Below, piece by piece: positions 28,201 to 43,663 of a stretch of 64,000 bases of DNA. The DNA comes from Ptychomitrium polyphyllum. Lineage: Eukaryota. The position numbers and the translations under genes are program-made. The stretch lies in NCBI GenBank assembly GCA_973851085.1, contig OZ316775.1, forward strand, positions 8,742,001 to 8,806,000, read 5' to 3'. Every line of letters starts with the position of its first letter. Within the stretch, counting starts at the first letter, position 1. The notes below the pieces were generated by a model. The model was not told where the DNA came from, made no database searches, and worked only from the letters and a program-made list of their open reading frames with translations.

Positions 28201-28943
28201 AGAGTTACCATCAATACACACTCTAGAACTAACCGTAACTGATGCCATTGTTATGCTAACTGTACAAATCCATCGTAGGGAAATCGTTCTCACCATCCTC
28301 CCTGGACCACTTTCTGCTTCCTGCAATCAAATTACCACAAAATCGATTCTAATCGCCAAGTAAAAAGCTATCTAGTTGAAACAATGATGCCCAGAAATGA
28401 ATTACCATTAGTACTAGACTCCACAATAAACCTAAACCTTTAAAGAATATAGAGTAAAAGGAAATGCAATGCGGAAAACCGTGATGTGCCACACGTTCCA
28501 ACCCCAACAACCTCTCACTGCCCGCCAGTACCCGCTATCACGGGCAGGAAACTAAAAAGAAATACAATTTGCTCATGCAAGTGTCAACGCTCAGTCTTAC
28601 GCGTGGTTTCTGATGGTTTCTGATGCAAGCTGGCCGTAGTTGCGCTTTTGGTATTTCCCTAGTGCTAAAATTAAAATTACGGGGGTGCACTCCACAGTCG
28701 CCAGCCCAACCACCCGCGTTGCCCTGCACTGTACACTACAGTACTCGGTGGAGGGCACCCCGATCTTGACATTTCTCCGCCTCCCCGAGATGTGCACTTC
28801 CGGGAGGGCAACGTTACACTACACAGCCCCGTCTACAGGGACCGCGTTCATACATCGCAACCTCTAGCGTTGAGGTGGTGGTGGTGGTGTCCGTGTTTGT
28901 AGATCTGAGCTGGGCTGCTGAAGGCAGGGGAGAGCCGGCGGCA

Positions 28944-29315
28944 ATGGCGATGTGGGGAAGGATGGGGGCCGTCCTGGTGGTACTGCTGGCGTTTCTGTTG
29001 GTGCAATGCGTGGTAAGGACGGAGGCGGGATATGACAGCTCCGTGATGGAATTCACCACACCGTCCGGGCTTGCGCAGGAAGATTTGAGCATGTGGGAGG
29101 ATCCGGAGGACGAGTTCCTGGATGAGCCTACCAGGCGCTTGTTGCTTGCGCGGCGCAGGAGCTACATTTCCTACGGTGCGTTGAATGGGAACCGCGCTCC
29201 GTGCCCTTCTCGTTCTGGCAGATCCTACTACACGCCGAATTGCGCCAACCAGAATGGTCGTGCGCAGCCTTACCGCCGAGGGTGCTATCAGATCACTCGG
29301 TGCGCGAGGGGTTAG
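28944..29315 (+). CDS. RALF: Rapid alkalinization factor (RALF) precursor, 123 aa, single exon
   Basis: Signal peptide, acidic pro-region, RRLL S1P site, YISYGAL motif, four Cys with PC...GRSYY...C and PYRRGCYQITRCARG C-terminus; first in-frame ATG at 28944. Confidence 0.95.
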   Translation: MAMWGRMGAVLVVLLAFLLVQCVVRTEAGYDSSVMEFTTPSGLAQEDLSMWEDPEDEFLDEPTRRLLLARRRSYISYGALNGNRAPCPSRSGRSYYTPNCANQNGRAQPYRRGCYQITRCARG

Positions 29316-31697
29316 AGCTTGGGACTGTTCGTTGCCCTGGTGAGCTCTCGGAGCCTTCCCTGTGAATGCAATGAGGTTTAGTTCGTCAGGAAGAGAACAA
29401 ACAGGATTAGTGTCGTGGGTCCTTGAAAGCAAGGAGATGGTTGGACGCATCTAGGGGTATACAGATTGGTTTGTCAGGATTCTTGTGGAGCAATGTGTAG
29501 GTTGCTTACCGGTGTTCTGTGATTGTGCTTCATAGTTGGGGTTATAGGTCTCATTCTCGTGCATTTGAATGGGCCTGCCCTAGCTAAGGGGAGCCGGATA
29601 TTTGTTTCTCGGGGGAATAAAGAGTTTTTGTTGGAAGAACAGCAGTTGTTGATGTTTCTTGGACTTCAATTTGACAGGCTTTAGATTTGGAGTTCGCCAC
29701 GTGAAAGGGAAATTGTTGATGCCGTCACCCGGAGTTCTTCTCAATGGTATTGGACGTGGATTTTAACGCAGGTCTTTCAATCTGATGCGAGACGTCGATG
29801 TCGTCTACCCCGCTGGAGTAGTCGGAATGCATGTTCGGCAGTCCCTTCGTGATTTTGAGAGGTAGTGGAGGCGACGTAGTCTCAGATTCGAGTTCTGCTT
29901 GCAGACTCCGCCATGTGATTCATTGAGTAGTGAATCTAGTTGATTGGTTTTCCGTCCATGCTCTTTCACCTCTTTTGGATTTTCAGTCAATATGGGTTAT
30001 GATTTGATGTAGAGATGACCATTATAGTCCTCAGGTTTTCTCGGCGAAGGCCGTGACCTTGAGGATGCCCAAACGTTTTTCACCACATTTAATACATACT
30101 ACATTCCTTTCCCTGGCTTTACTTACGAATAACAGCCTTTTTGTGTGATGTACCTCGAGCAGATCTTTTTGGGATTCAGAGCGTAGAACAGTAATGTTCT
30201 TAAAATCTATGTGCTGAAGGTTTTCGTTGCTCTTACATTCTAAACATCTGGTAATATTAGAGTGTGTCGTTAGAGTGTGCTTGCTTGGGAACTGTTCATG
30301 AGAATAGTGTGATGCGTCCCGTTTATAAATTATTTGGAAGCTGTTTTTCCCAATTCTTTTCCTGCTTGATGTGCTTGATACTTGGCCGTTCAACAAAGTG
30401 TAGGCTCTCGTAAGCATTCACAACTTCCGTTGTATCGACGACGTACTTCCGTAATCAATGCACATGGGTCTTGTGCTCTCCTTGTCTGATTATTTTAATC
30501 AAGTACCTAAACGTCCAGCGGTTGTACTTGTGCCCTGTACTCTATTGGCACGTTGTAGTTTCTGTAAGAAACATGTGAGACGTACACAATGGGCGTGTAG
30601 CACGTCGGGCACCAGTGGCTAAAAGTTTGAATTCAGTACGAGCAGGGTTCACCAAAGGCAAGCGTCACGTATAGTTCAGTAGAGATTTTGGTACTGGATA
30701 TTATATGTGTCGAAACTTGAAATTGAGGTGCTGGTGTTGCGAGCGAAGGCCCTCGATCCGAGTGAGCTGAACATCTCACTTGAGATGTCCATCATTCATT
30801 ATTTGCAATAGTCTTAGGCTTAATATGTTCTAACGGTCACGAATCACGAACTTCTTGATATTTAATAATGATTTAACCTTGTGCTGGGTTCTCATTTCCC
30901 ATGAAGTCTCCTCGTTGAATTGTTCTAAACTCCGAGAATTGTCATCCTGCAGTCGCCACTGGTCTGTCGTAAGACACAGCTATCGACCAGTGCGACCCTG
31001 CTCTGGCTCTTAATCACAAAAAGTACACTACTGTACCGATATCGATCTATTGCGCTTGGAGATGCTGAAAGTCCAGAGAAAAGTACATAAAGTCTTTCTA
31101 AGCAGTGAATAAGTTTAAGTAAAGGCCTGTTTCAATAATATTATGCATATAGAATTGTGACATAATAGGCGAAGTCGCATGAAACATGCCTATCCAAAGG
31201 AAACATCATATCCGCAAAAGTTGAATCCTTTGCATATACATTAGGTTGCAAATGGACTCCGTCGGAATTTGTATTTACCAGATTGAGTTGCGCAGTTAAG
31301 ACGAAGGTTGACCATGTAAAAGTCTTGGCAAACTTGCCAGAGGCTGTGAAGCAATCATGGTTTTGAGGCATTCTCCTTTCGGGCGCAGAAAGCCTCAGCA
31401 AAATAGGTGCATAAGGGAGACAGAGCAACAGACTACTTACAGTTCTTTTGCTGAGGCGCCAAACATTACTTTCTTCCTATCTTAAACCAGATACAGTAAC
31501 CATATATCAACACGGACAGGACTGGTACACATGATCTCTATCTACAAGGGCTATAAACATGTGTCAAAAATGTGACGACTAAAAATGAATCGCTTCCTTG
31601 CATAGTAGTAAGGATGACAAATGTAAACTAATATTGAAATCCAAGGGATATGCTTGTAGGAATGTCAAGGCACTATCTTACAAGGTGCATATAAGAG

Positions 31698-34706
<3,009 letters not shown>

Positions 34707-37700
34707 TTGAAACTTGGATAGCGAGGCCGAGTCAAGTCACCCGATGCACCAGCAGTATCGCACCAAGATTGAGAGCGAAGCCCAGTTAAAAACACTTGTG
34801 ACGGGAGCCTTCAGAATTGAACTTCAAGAAAAGGTATATCGCGTCGACAAGTTTCCAAAGAGAAAGGGCTTTGTCAGACAGCACAGACCGCACAAGCAAA
34901 AGCAAGAAGGCTGCGGAGAAAAGGAGAAACAGAATGAGAGAAAAAGAATACTCGTGACGTGATTTTAAGAGAAAGTAGCACAATGCGAACCAAGAAAACC
35001 TTAATGACACCGCTCGTTCCCTTAACAAGAAAATATTGTACAATGTAAGCCAAAGCCGATCACAAAATTGACAGAAGAACTGCTGGCATCAAGAAAACAC
35101 GCCGGCAAAGAACTCGCCGTACTAAATTTCCTTCCCGGACTCCGTAACAGCATTCTCACACACCGACACCTCAAGCACTCTCAATTCACGCCCTAAGCAC
35201 CTGAGGGAAAAGTCAAACGCAACAGGCTAACTCAAACGCAAGAAAATCAACCCCCGCCGCGCCTACGCTCTACGCTCTATGCCATTTCTAAAACCGCACC
35301 AGTAGTCACAAATTTCACACACATCACTGCGTAATATCCCCTAACAAGCCTAACATTCCCGCAATTACTAAAATCATACCCGCAGCTCTGGCTGATTCAG
35401 AATATCAGGAAAACGAATAGCACTGAACCAGCTGACTTACCGCGTTGAACGCGAAACAGCTCTGTTCACGCCTGGACGCGAATATATCGCACTAAGCTTA
35501 GAACTAGAGCCGGTTCCGAAATCTACAGTAGCGTGTCCAGGTAGGAGTAGTCGGTCCAGAGAAAAAGGCATTTTCTAAAACAGAGAAGAAAAAGCAAAGG
35601 AGTGAATTGATGGCAGAATATTGATGCGGGAGGAAAACGCGGGGGATGTGAAGGTGGAGGCGCAAAGATTCGAGGGAGAGACGGAACTGGAGGAATGGAG
35701 TGGAGTATCCAGTGCGTACGGCAGCGCCGGAAGCACAGCAGCACGCGAGGGGCAACTCGGTCGTGTGCCAACTGCGAGTGCAAGACCGAGCAAGCGCAAG
35801 CGGCCTCCCTCGCTCTTTCCCCCTTCCCCCACTCTCTTTCTCCCCCTTACTCTCGCTTTTCCATCCAGAACAATGTCGTCCTCCCTGCACTCTACGGAAC
35901 TCCCACCGAAAATCATCGCTGTACTTAAAACCAATATCTTCTCCTAATGTTGTACATTTCTCGTCGCGAATTCTATATGCTTGGTAGATAATCTCAAAAT
36001 CGTGAACAGTGAGACCGCAACTGTACTCGGGACTAGGCACTTGGAAATTATTTCAAATAATTACAACAAATCATATCCAACAGAACAAAAACCATTACAA
36101 CAACTAAAGATCGTTCAACAAGCCCTTGTTACATTGTCTTAGTGTCTTCAAGTGTCTCAAAATTGTTGACAATGTCGTGAACTCTTCATTCAGGTTGAAG
36201 GTTGAAAAACACGGATTGGAGAAAATCCAAGTAAATAAAATCTTTGGAAAGAAGGAGAAATAAAGGCATGTCTTGGAGAGCAAGTAAAAGATTTAAAATA
36301 CTTATTTCAAAAGATAAGCAAATTTATATGTTCTCTACAATTCTTTTACATACTTAAGGGTTAGAAGAGCAACTCTTTAATTGTAAATATGCATCATGAA
36401 ATACAAAAAAATACCATAAATTGCAATATCTACATAAAAAAAATGAGCAAAGATATTGTAAAAAAAAATTATGTTCTACTGCCATTTAGCAATTTTGCAA
36501 AAATACTTAAGATGCTTCACTGCATAAAAATAAACATTTGAAGTAAGAAGACTGTCCAAGAATATCCAATTGATGCCAGATACAAACATATAATCATTAC
36601 TTTAGCAACATCCACAAGTACTTAAAAATTATCCTACATTGTAATATTTATAGATATGATACTTTGTGCAGCTATTCACAATTTGTATGTTGAAATATAA
36701 TTAAAGCACAAACAAGTGAGATGAATATTTTGACAATGTCCTTACAAGGCAACTATGCTTTATAACCACATCAAATTTGCCCTATATATTACGCATACTC
36801 TATAACAGATCACAACTAATCAACAAAGTCCATCCCAAATATGGTGTCATATTGTAAAATTTATAGTACTTAAAATTGAATTAGAAAGTGTATGTGTTTA
36901 CTAGAGAAAAGAGGTAGGGAACGGATTTAATAAGGGTGCTAGAACATGAATTGGTTGATACAACCCTTATAATGCACCTTAATAAACACCACGCATGTCA
37001 ACCCTGTACATTTTCATATACACATGGTTAACCTCCATTTTCGCTTTCCAAGTCCAAGACTTGGTTTCCAACTCTTCCTACCATTATTCTTAGAACATCC
37101 AATTGATTAGTAGTCAATTGTTGCGCACCTCTCTTTCAAGAGTGCTTGAAATATTAAGGGCACAAGAGGGACCCCAAAGTGACGTCCGGAACTTGTGTCG
37201 CCAATAGTGAGGGGAACCGAGTGGGCCTAGCGTGGGAAAAACCCCTAGGGGGAGAAATAACCTTGCCCATGTAGACTGAGAGCCACAAAGGATAAATCAT
37301 AGACATTGGAGGAATTACGAAGAGCTGATTCTAGAATGCTAAAGATTGCTCAAATCGGACAAGGGAGCTAAAAGTTATGGCATCCCAAAGTTGGGGTTGC
37401 CAAGGGACTGTTATGGACTGTGGCAGCCCAATATAGTGACGGTACTGGACTAGAACAATCTAGGGAGAGACTCCTCGGGAGTCCCGAACCTTGGGAGAGG
37501 CATATCTCCCAGAGCACTAACTCAAATTGGACATTTGAGGAGTTTACCGACATCTACGCAAAGACTAGATGACAATAGAGTGATTGCTTGATAGATTTGG
37601 GCACCGGACGTGGAAGATATAGCTCTCTGAAGGTCCACAGGGAGTTCCGGAGGCTTTCAACGGCTAAGTCTCCAAGGGAGATTGAGCGGTCTTCCAAAAC

Positions 37701-37816
37701 TTTGGGTGTGTCGGGATTCAGCCAGCTACAGAGGGCCAAGGGGCCTGTCGAATCCCACAGAGAGTACTATAGGGGAAGGCTGGTCTCTCTCCCCACTCAT
37801 CTAGTGTACCGATAGG

Positions 37817-38265
37817 TGTCACGGACATAGATCATGCAACATAATCTTTAGAATATTCTAGAATCTTCTAGTATACTATAATAGCTCCTTATAATACTTT
37901 TAGATGTCTCTATAGCCTTTTTATGCTTTTAAGAACCTTCCTAGAAAAGTTCCTCCACCTTAGGAAATTTCTTAGGAAGGTTCCAACATCTTAGGAAATT
38001 TCTTGGGAAGGTTCCTTAGACTTCCAGAACATTCTTAAGCCTTGTAAGAAGCTCCTTTAGAAGTATCCTAGGAGATACAAACGTCCTAGTATAAATAAGA
38101 GGCAAGACAAGGTATTCCTTAGTCTTGCCAACACAAGTTGTGGATCATCTTGAATCCTGCCTTGTTCTAGTCTTTGTATCAAAGTTCTTGTTAATCATTT
38201 GCTCTTCGGAAGCTAATTCTTGGGAAACACTTCATTTCTGCTTCTTGTTTCTTGAGTCCCTAACA
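37817..38265 (+). repeat. 5' LTR (449 bp) of the chromovirus, TATA box at 38090-38097
   Basis: TG...CA ends; direct repeat of 43664-44236; TATAAATA motif. Confidence 0.92.
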
Positions 38266-38501
38266 GTTTGGCAAGACCACACTTCATCTTTGTCAGAGCT
38301 AAGGTTCTTTGAAGAAGATTGTGGATTATCCATCTTCTTTAGGATTCCATAGCGTTTTAAAGGTTGTGGATTACCCTCCTCTAAGCTGGCACCATAGAGT
38401 TGGTTTCTCCTTCTAGAACCAAATATTACTTCTTTCAAAGGACGTGGATTTTTTTCCTTTGAAGGTACTCATTGTCTTTCTGTCTTTGAGAGTTTTGAGA
38501 A

Positions 38502-39521
38502 ATGGATAACGTGCCTGGAACATCAAAGAATAGGTTTGCAACTATTGTAAACCTTCAAGAATTATTACACATAGTTCAAACGGAACTTGCCCGTTTTAAT
38601 ACCACCAACAATTTAGAGCAACACACTCGACAAGCTGAAGAAACCAATGGTGATATTCAAAGCCTATATTAAGAGGTTGTTCGATAGCGAGAGGCCAATA
38701 TTGGAAGAGAAGGCTTACGTCGACTCCACGCAGAGCCAAAGATTAGCATGCCAGACAAGTTCGATGGATCAAGATCAAAATTGAGAGGCTTTGTTCAACA
38801 AGTAAGACTCTTCTTTAGTTTGCATCAATCTCGCTATCCTGATGGCACAACTCAAGTGGGATTTGTGGCCACTCTTTTATCAAACAATGCACTATCGTGG
38901 TTTGTACCACTAATGAATAAACAGTCACCATTATTGAAAAACTTAGATGCTTTCATAGAAGCATTGACATCTACTTTTGGAGACACCGACTGAGAGAGGG
39001 TGGCTGAGACAAGGATCCGGAGTTTCCAACAAGGACAGCGCTCAGCTGCTACATATGCTGCAGAATTTTGGCATTTAGCTTCCGACCTTGATTGGAATGA
39101 TAAGGCCTTGGTCACACGGTTTCAATGGGGCTTAAGAGAGAATGTAAAGGACTTGCTACTCACAATGCCAAAAGTTGAAACATTGGACGAATTCATCACT
39201 TAAGCAATAGCATGTGACAACAGACTATTTGAGAGGCGCCAAGAACAACGCTTGGGATGGCGACCAGTACATCAAAGCATGGCTACCACTTCTTCAAGAA
39301 TATTAGAAAGTCGATCACAAGGACCAGAACCTATGCAAATTGATGCTGCCCAGTTCAAACGTTTGACTCCAAATGAAAAAGAAAGGCGTCAAAGAGAAAA
39401 CCTCTGCTTGTATTGTGGCAAGTCTAGACATAAAGTGCGCAATTGCCAAATCAAAGGATCTATCTTCAAGGCTCAGAGCACAATGGTGGAGTTGGAAAAC
39501 GAGGCTGTCCAGTCACAATAG
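38502..39521 (+). pseudogene. gag: gag with retrotransposon-gag domain and CCHC zinc knuckle; in-frame stops at 38670, 38685, 38991, 39201
   Basis: One frame from ATG 38502: PDKFDGSRSKLRGF, LSWF, YAAEF...[27 protein letters not shown]. Confidence 0.9.
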
Positions 39522-42500
39522 GGACCATGCGACTGGACACCACAAGGAAACGACCATCAAATCAAGGTCTCTTACTACCTTCAAGCCCTACCTCTTGTTT
39601 TACATTTCCTATCAAAATTAAATTATTAGATGATGAAATAATTAGTGAGGCTCTTTTAGACACTGGTGCAACGGCATGTTTTATGGACAAGGATTTTGCA
39701 ACCAAACATCACAAAATGGTGCTTGTAAAGAAAAGATATCCCGCACCTGTTGAGGTTATTGATGGACGATCTCTTGCGTCTGGCAACGTTATTGAAGAAA
39801 CTCAACCCTTAGAAGTTGTTTTAGAAGACCAGGCATCTAAAATTGTCTTTAACATCATTCAATGCCAAACAAATCCTATTGTTTTGGCCCTTCCTTGGTT
39901 TGAATTACATAATCCAGATATTGACTGGCGCTCACAAAGTGTGGTCTCAAAGAAAAGACGTCAAAATACAAGAAATCTTGGGCCATCATTTATTGGAGCT
40001 AAGGCATTTATGAAAGTGTCAAAAGATGAACCAATCTATGCCGTTTATGCCACGCCAATGTCTAGCTCAAAAATAGAGACTAATCAAAACATACTTTGTC
40101 AATATCAAGATTATAAAGACGTTTTTGAAAAGAAGAATGCGGACATGTTACCAAAGCACCAACCTTACGATTGTACCATTGAATTGCAAAAAGGAGTCCA
40201 ACCACCTTTTGGACCTATTTATAACTTATTACAAACTGAGTTGGCTGCCTTGAGAGAATATATTGATGAAAACCTTGGAAAGAGTTTCATTCAACACTCT
40301 AAATCACCTGCAGGAGTATCCATTCTATTTGTAAAGAAAAAAGATGGATCATTACGTATGTGCATGGACTATCAAGGCCTCAATAAAATAACAAAAAAGA
40401 ATTGCTATCCCTTACCATTAATCTCAGGACTCCTACAACAACTTGGCCAAGCAAAGATATTCACCAAAATTGATCTTAGAGGAGCCTACAATCTTGTACG
40501 TATCAAAGAAGGAGACGAATGGAAGACAGCTTTTCAATCTAGGTATGGTCATTTTGAATACAATGTCATGCCTTTTGGCCTTACGAATGCCCCCGCGGTC
40601 TTCCAACATATGATGAATGATATCTTCCATGAACATTTGGACGATTTTGTAGTCATCTACTTAGATGACATTTTGATATATTCAAAAGATGAACAAGACC
40701 ACGAATGTCATGTGCGACTGGTCTTAAAAAAACTACGCCAGTGAGGATTATATGCCAAATTGGAGAAGTGCCTTTTCTATGAATCCTCGGTTGAATTTTT
40801 AGGGTACATCATTTCCAAAGGAGGAATCCATATGGATAAGAAAAAAATAAGCACTGTCACGGAGTGGAGTACGCCAAGATCAATTCGAGATGTTCAATGC
40901 TTTTTAGAATTTGCAAATTTCTACAGGATATTTATTAAGAATTATTCCAAGATTGCGGCACCATTAACACGTCTTACGGGGAAGCAAAAATTCATTTGGG
41001 ATGAAGAGGCGGAAAAAGCATTTCAAAGTCTTAAGAAGTCATTCACGTCGGCTCCAATCCTTATTCATCCAAATCCATCAAAGCCTTTCTATTTGGAAGC
41101 AGATGCCTCAGATTTTGCGCTTGGCTCAGTATTCTCACAATATGATGAAGACAAGAGACTTCATCCTCTTGCCTTTTGTTCAAGAAAGTTCTCAGCGGCA
41201 GAGATCAACTATGATATACATGATAAAGAACTCCTTGCAATTGTGGATGCGTTCGAAGAATGGCGACACTTATTGGAAGGAACTCAACATACCATCACAA
41301 TATACACAGACCACAAGAACTTGGAGTATTTCATGAGTGCGCATGTTTTGAATCGCCGTCAAGCAAGGTGGAGTATGTCGCTTTCTAGATTTGACTTTAT
41401 CATTACCTATCAATCTGGTAGCTTGCAAGGTAAGCCAGATGCCTTTTCTCAAAGATCTTATTTAACTCCTCAACCTGGAGATGATGTTTTGAATCAACAA
41501 AGGACTATTTTATTGAAGCCAGAGAATCTTCAATTGAAAGCAACAATAATAACGACAACATCCCATCTCGACAAAATTCGGAAGGCTTTGAAGAATGACG
41601 TCTTTGTTTCAAATATAAAGAAGCGCCTCAAAGACAATAGAGGTCCTTCAAATAGCGATGAGGACTTTGAATTCCAAGAGGGCCTACTTTATTATAAAGG
41701 ACTTTTGTACCTACCTCGAGGCCCTTTGCGGTTGAAGATCTTTCAAGCATGTCATGATTTTCCAGCAGCAGGACATTTTTGGATTCAATAAAATAATGGA
41801 GTTGATTGCAAGAGACTATTGGTGGCCACAAATGTGGAAGTACGTAAAGAATTTTATTCGATCATGCGACACTTGTGCAAGAGCCAAGGTACCAAGGGAC
41901 CAACCTCATGGTCTTTTCCATCCGCTTCCAGTGCCAAAGAGCCCATGGTTGTCTTTATCAATGGATTTTATCACGGACCTTCCAAACTCCGATTGTAAGG
42001 ATTCTATTTTGGTAGTGGTGGATTGATTTACCAAAATGGCACATTTCATTCCATGCAACAAGACGGTAACCGGAGAAGAAACTGCCAAGTTGTTCTTAAA
42101 TCACGTCTACCGCATACATGGACTACTAGATGATATTGTATCCGATCGGGGGCCGCAATTCATTTCCAACTTTTGGAGGGCTCTATTCCAGCTGTTGCGT
42201 ATAAAGATCAATCTTTCTTCAGCACACCATCCGCAAACTGATGGCCAAACTGAACGTGTGAATCATATTTTGGAGCAGTACCTTTATTGTAGCATAAACT
42301 ACCAACAAGACAACTGGATGGACCTCTTACATTTGGCAGAATTTGCTTACAACAATACGGTGCATTCTTCAACAACTCAAAGTCCATTCTTTGCAAACTA
42401 TGGGCATCATCCTCGAACAGATCCATTTCAAGTGGAGCATGTTGGAAGTCCTGCAGCAGAGGATTTTGCAATTCAACTTGCTAAAATCCATCAAGAAATT

Positions 42501-43007
42501 ACCTTCCAGTTACAACAAGCTCAAGATTGTTACAAAACTTACGCAGATTGCCATTGAAAAGACCATCCAAAGTTCAAGGTTGGAGATAACGTATGGCTCC
42601 TACGACAAAATATACAGACAAAAAGACCATCAAAGAAGTTGGACTATCAAAGGCTGGGACCGTTTGAAATCAACAAACAATTAAAACCGGTTAACTATCG
42701 CCTAAAGCTACTACCAAGCATGCAAATTCATCCAGTATTCCACGTATTGTTGTTGGAAATCTATAACAAATCATGTATACTAGAGAGAATTGTCCTTCCG
42801 CCTCCTCCGTTGGAAATCAATAATGAAATTGAATATGAAGTGGAAGATATCTTAGATTCATGCATCAAAAATGGACGTATGGAGTACCTTATACATTGGC
42901 AAGGATATGGCATCAGTGACCGAACATGGAAACCTTCAACAAATGTAACAAATGCATCCGAGAAGGTATTCGAATATCATCAAAGATATCCTCAGATTCC
43001 AGGTTAG
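39500..43007 (+). pseudogene. pol: pol (protease, RT, RNase H, integrase, chromodomain) in the -1 frame to gag; stops at 40742, 42024, 42555 and a frameshift near 41775
   Basis: ALLDTGA protease, YLDD RT, DASDFALG RNase H, HHCC remnant and SMDFIT/SDRG/QTER integrase, GPF motif, EYEVEDILD...YLIHWQGY chromodomain. Confidence 0.93.
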
Positions 43008-43150
43008 TGATGATGTATCATCAACAACCGTTAGCTTCACATAGAAGTTTTTCCTTCATAGACAAGTATAAGAAGGGAGGAGAGATATCTAAACCTCCAA
43101 TTGTATCCAGCATTATTTCTAAGATAGATCATTTCTAAATCCTAGCTAGT

Positions 43151-43608
43151 ATGTCAAATCTTCGTGTTATCATGGATATGCGTGAAGAGCAGTCGGCCAT
43201 GCCTTCATCAACAACAGCATCTGTTGAGCCAACTCAACTTTCTCAGCCCTTGGTAACGGAGGATCTAAGTCAAGATATGAGAGGGACATCCCAACGTCGA
43301 GTACGACCTCGTACAGAAGTATTAACTAGTCGCCCTTCACATTCCAGTCTTGATTCAGATGCTCGCGCTCTAGTCATCTTGTTAGAATTGGAAGAGTCAC
43401 TCCTGGAGGATCCGAAATCTTGTTTGGAGGTTGTTTTGAAGGACTTAATCAAGATCAGATCTTGGAATGGGACATTTCAACAACACAAGTTTTGGCTGGT
43501 GGTCATCGACGCTTCTTGCAAGGACCAGTTGAACCAGTGAACAAAGAACAACGAGCAGAGTATGTTGCTTCACTCCTTCGACAAATTTTGGAATTTGTAG
43601 AAATGTGA
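43151..43608 (+). other. Possible additional sense ORF between pol and the PPT (129-aa ORF plus an overlapping downstream frame)
   Basis: ATG-initiated ORF 43151..43540 and overlapping frame 43420..43608 inside the element; no recognised domain. Confidence 0.4.
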
Positions 43609-43663
43609 CAAGCAAGCCAACAAAACATCTCCTCATGGAACTCGTCGCTAAATGGGGAGGTGA

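Noticed and set aside
28875..28943. GTG-initiated N-terminal extension of RALF
   Set aside because: Non-ATG start from the ORF finder; the signal peptide follows ATG 28944.
28848..29450. 200-aa minus-strand ORF over RALF
   Set aside because: Antisense shadow of a GC-rich coding exon; no motif.
35504..36040. Cluster of overlapping ORFs on both strands
   Set aside because: GC-rich promoter/5' leader of CDKA; low-complexity translations with no recognisable domain.
38125..38352. Near-duplicate ORFs MPTQVVDHLESC... here and at 44096..44410
   Set aside because: Both are incidental TTG-start frames inside the two LTRs.
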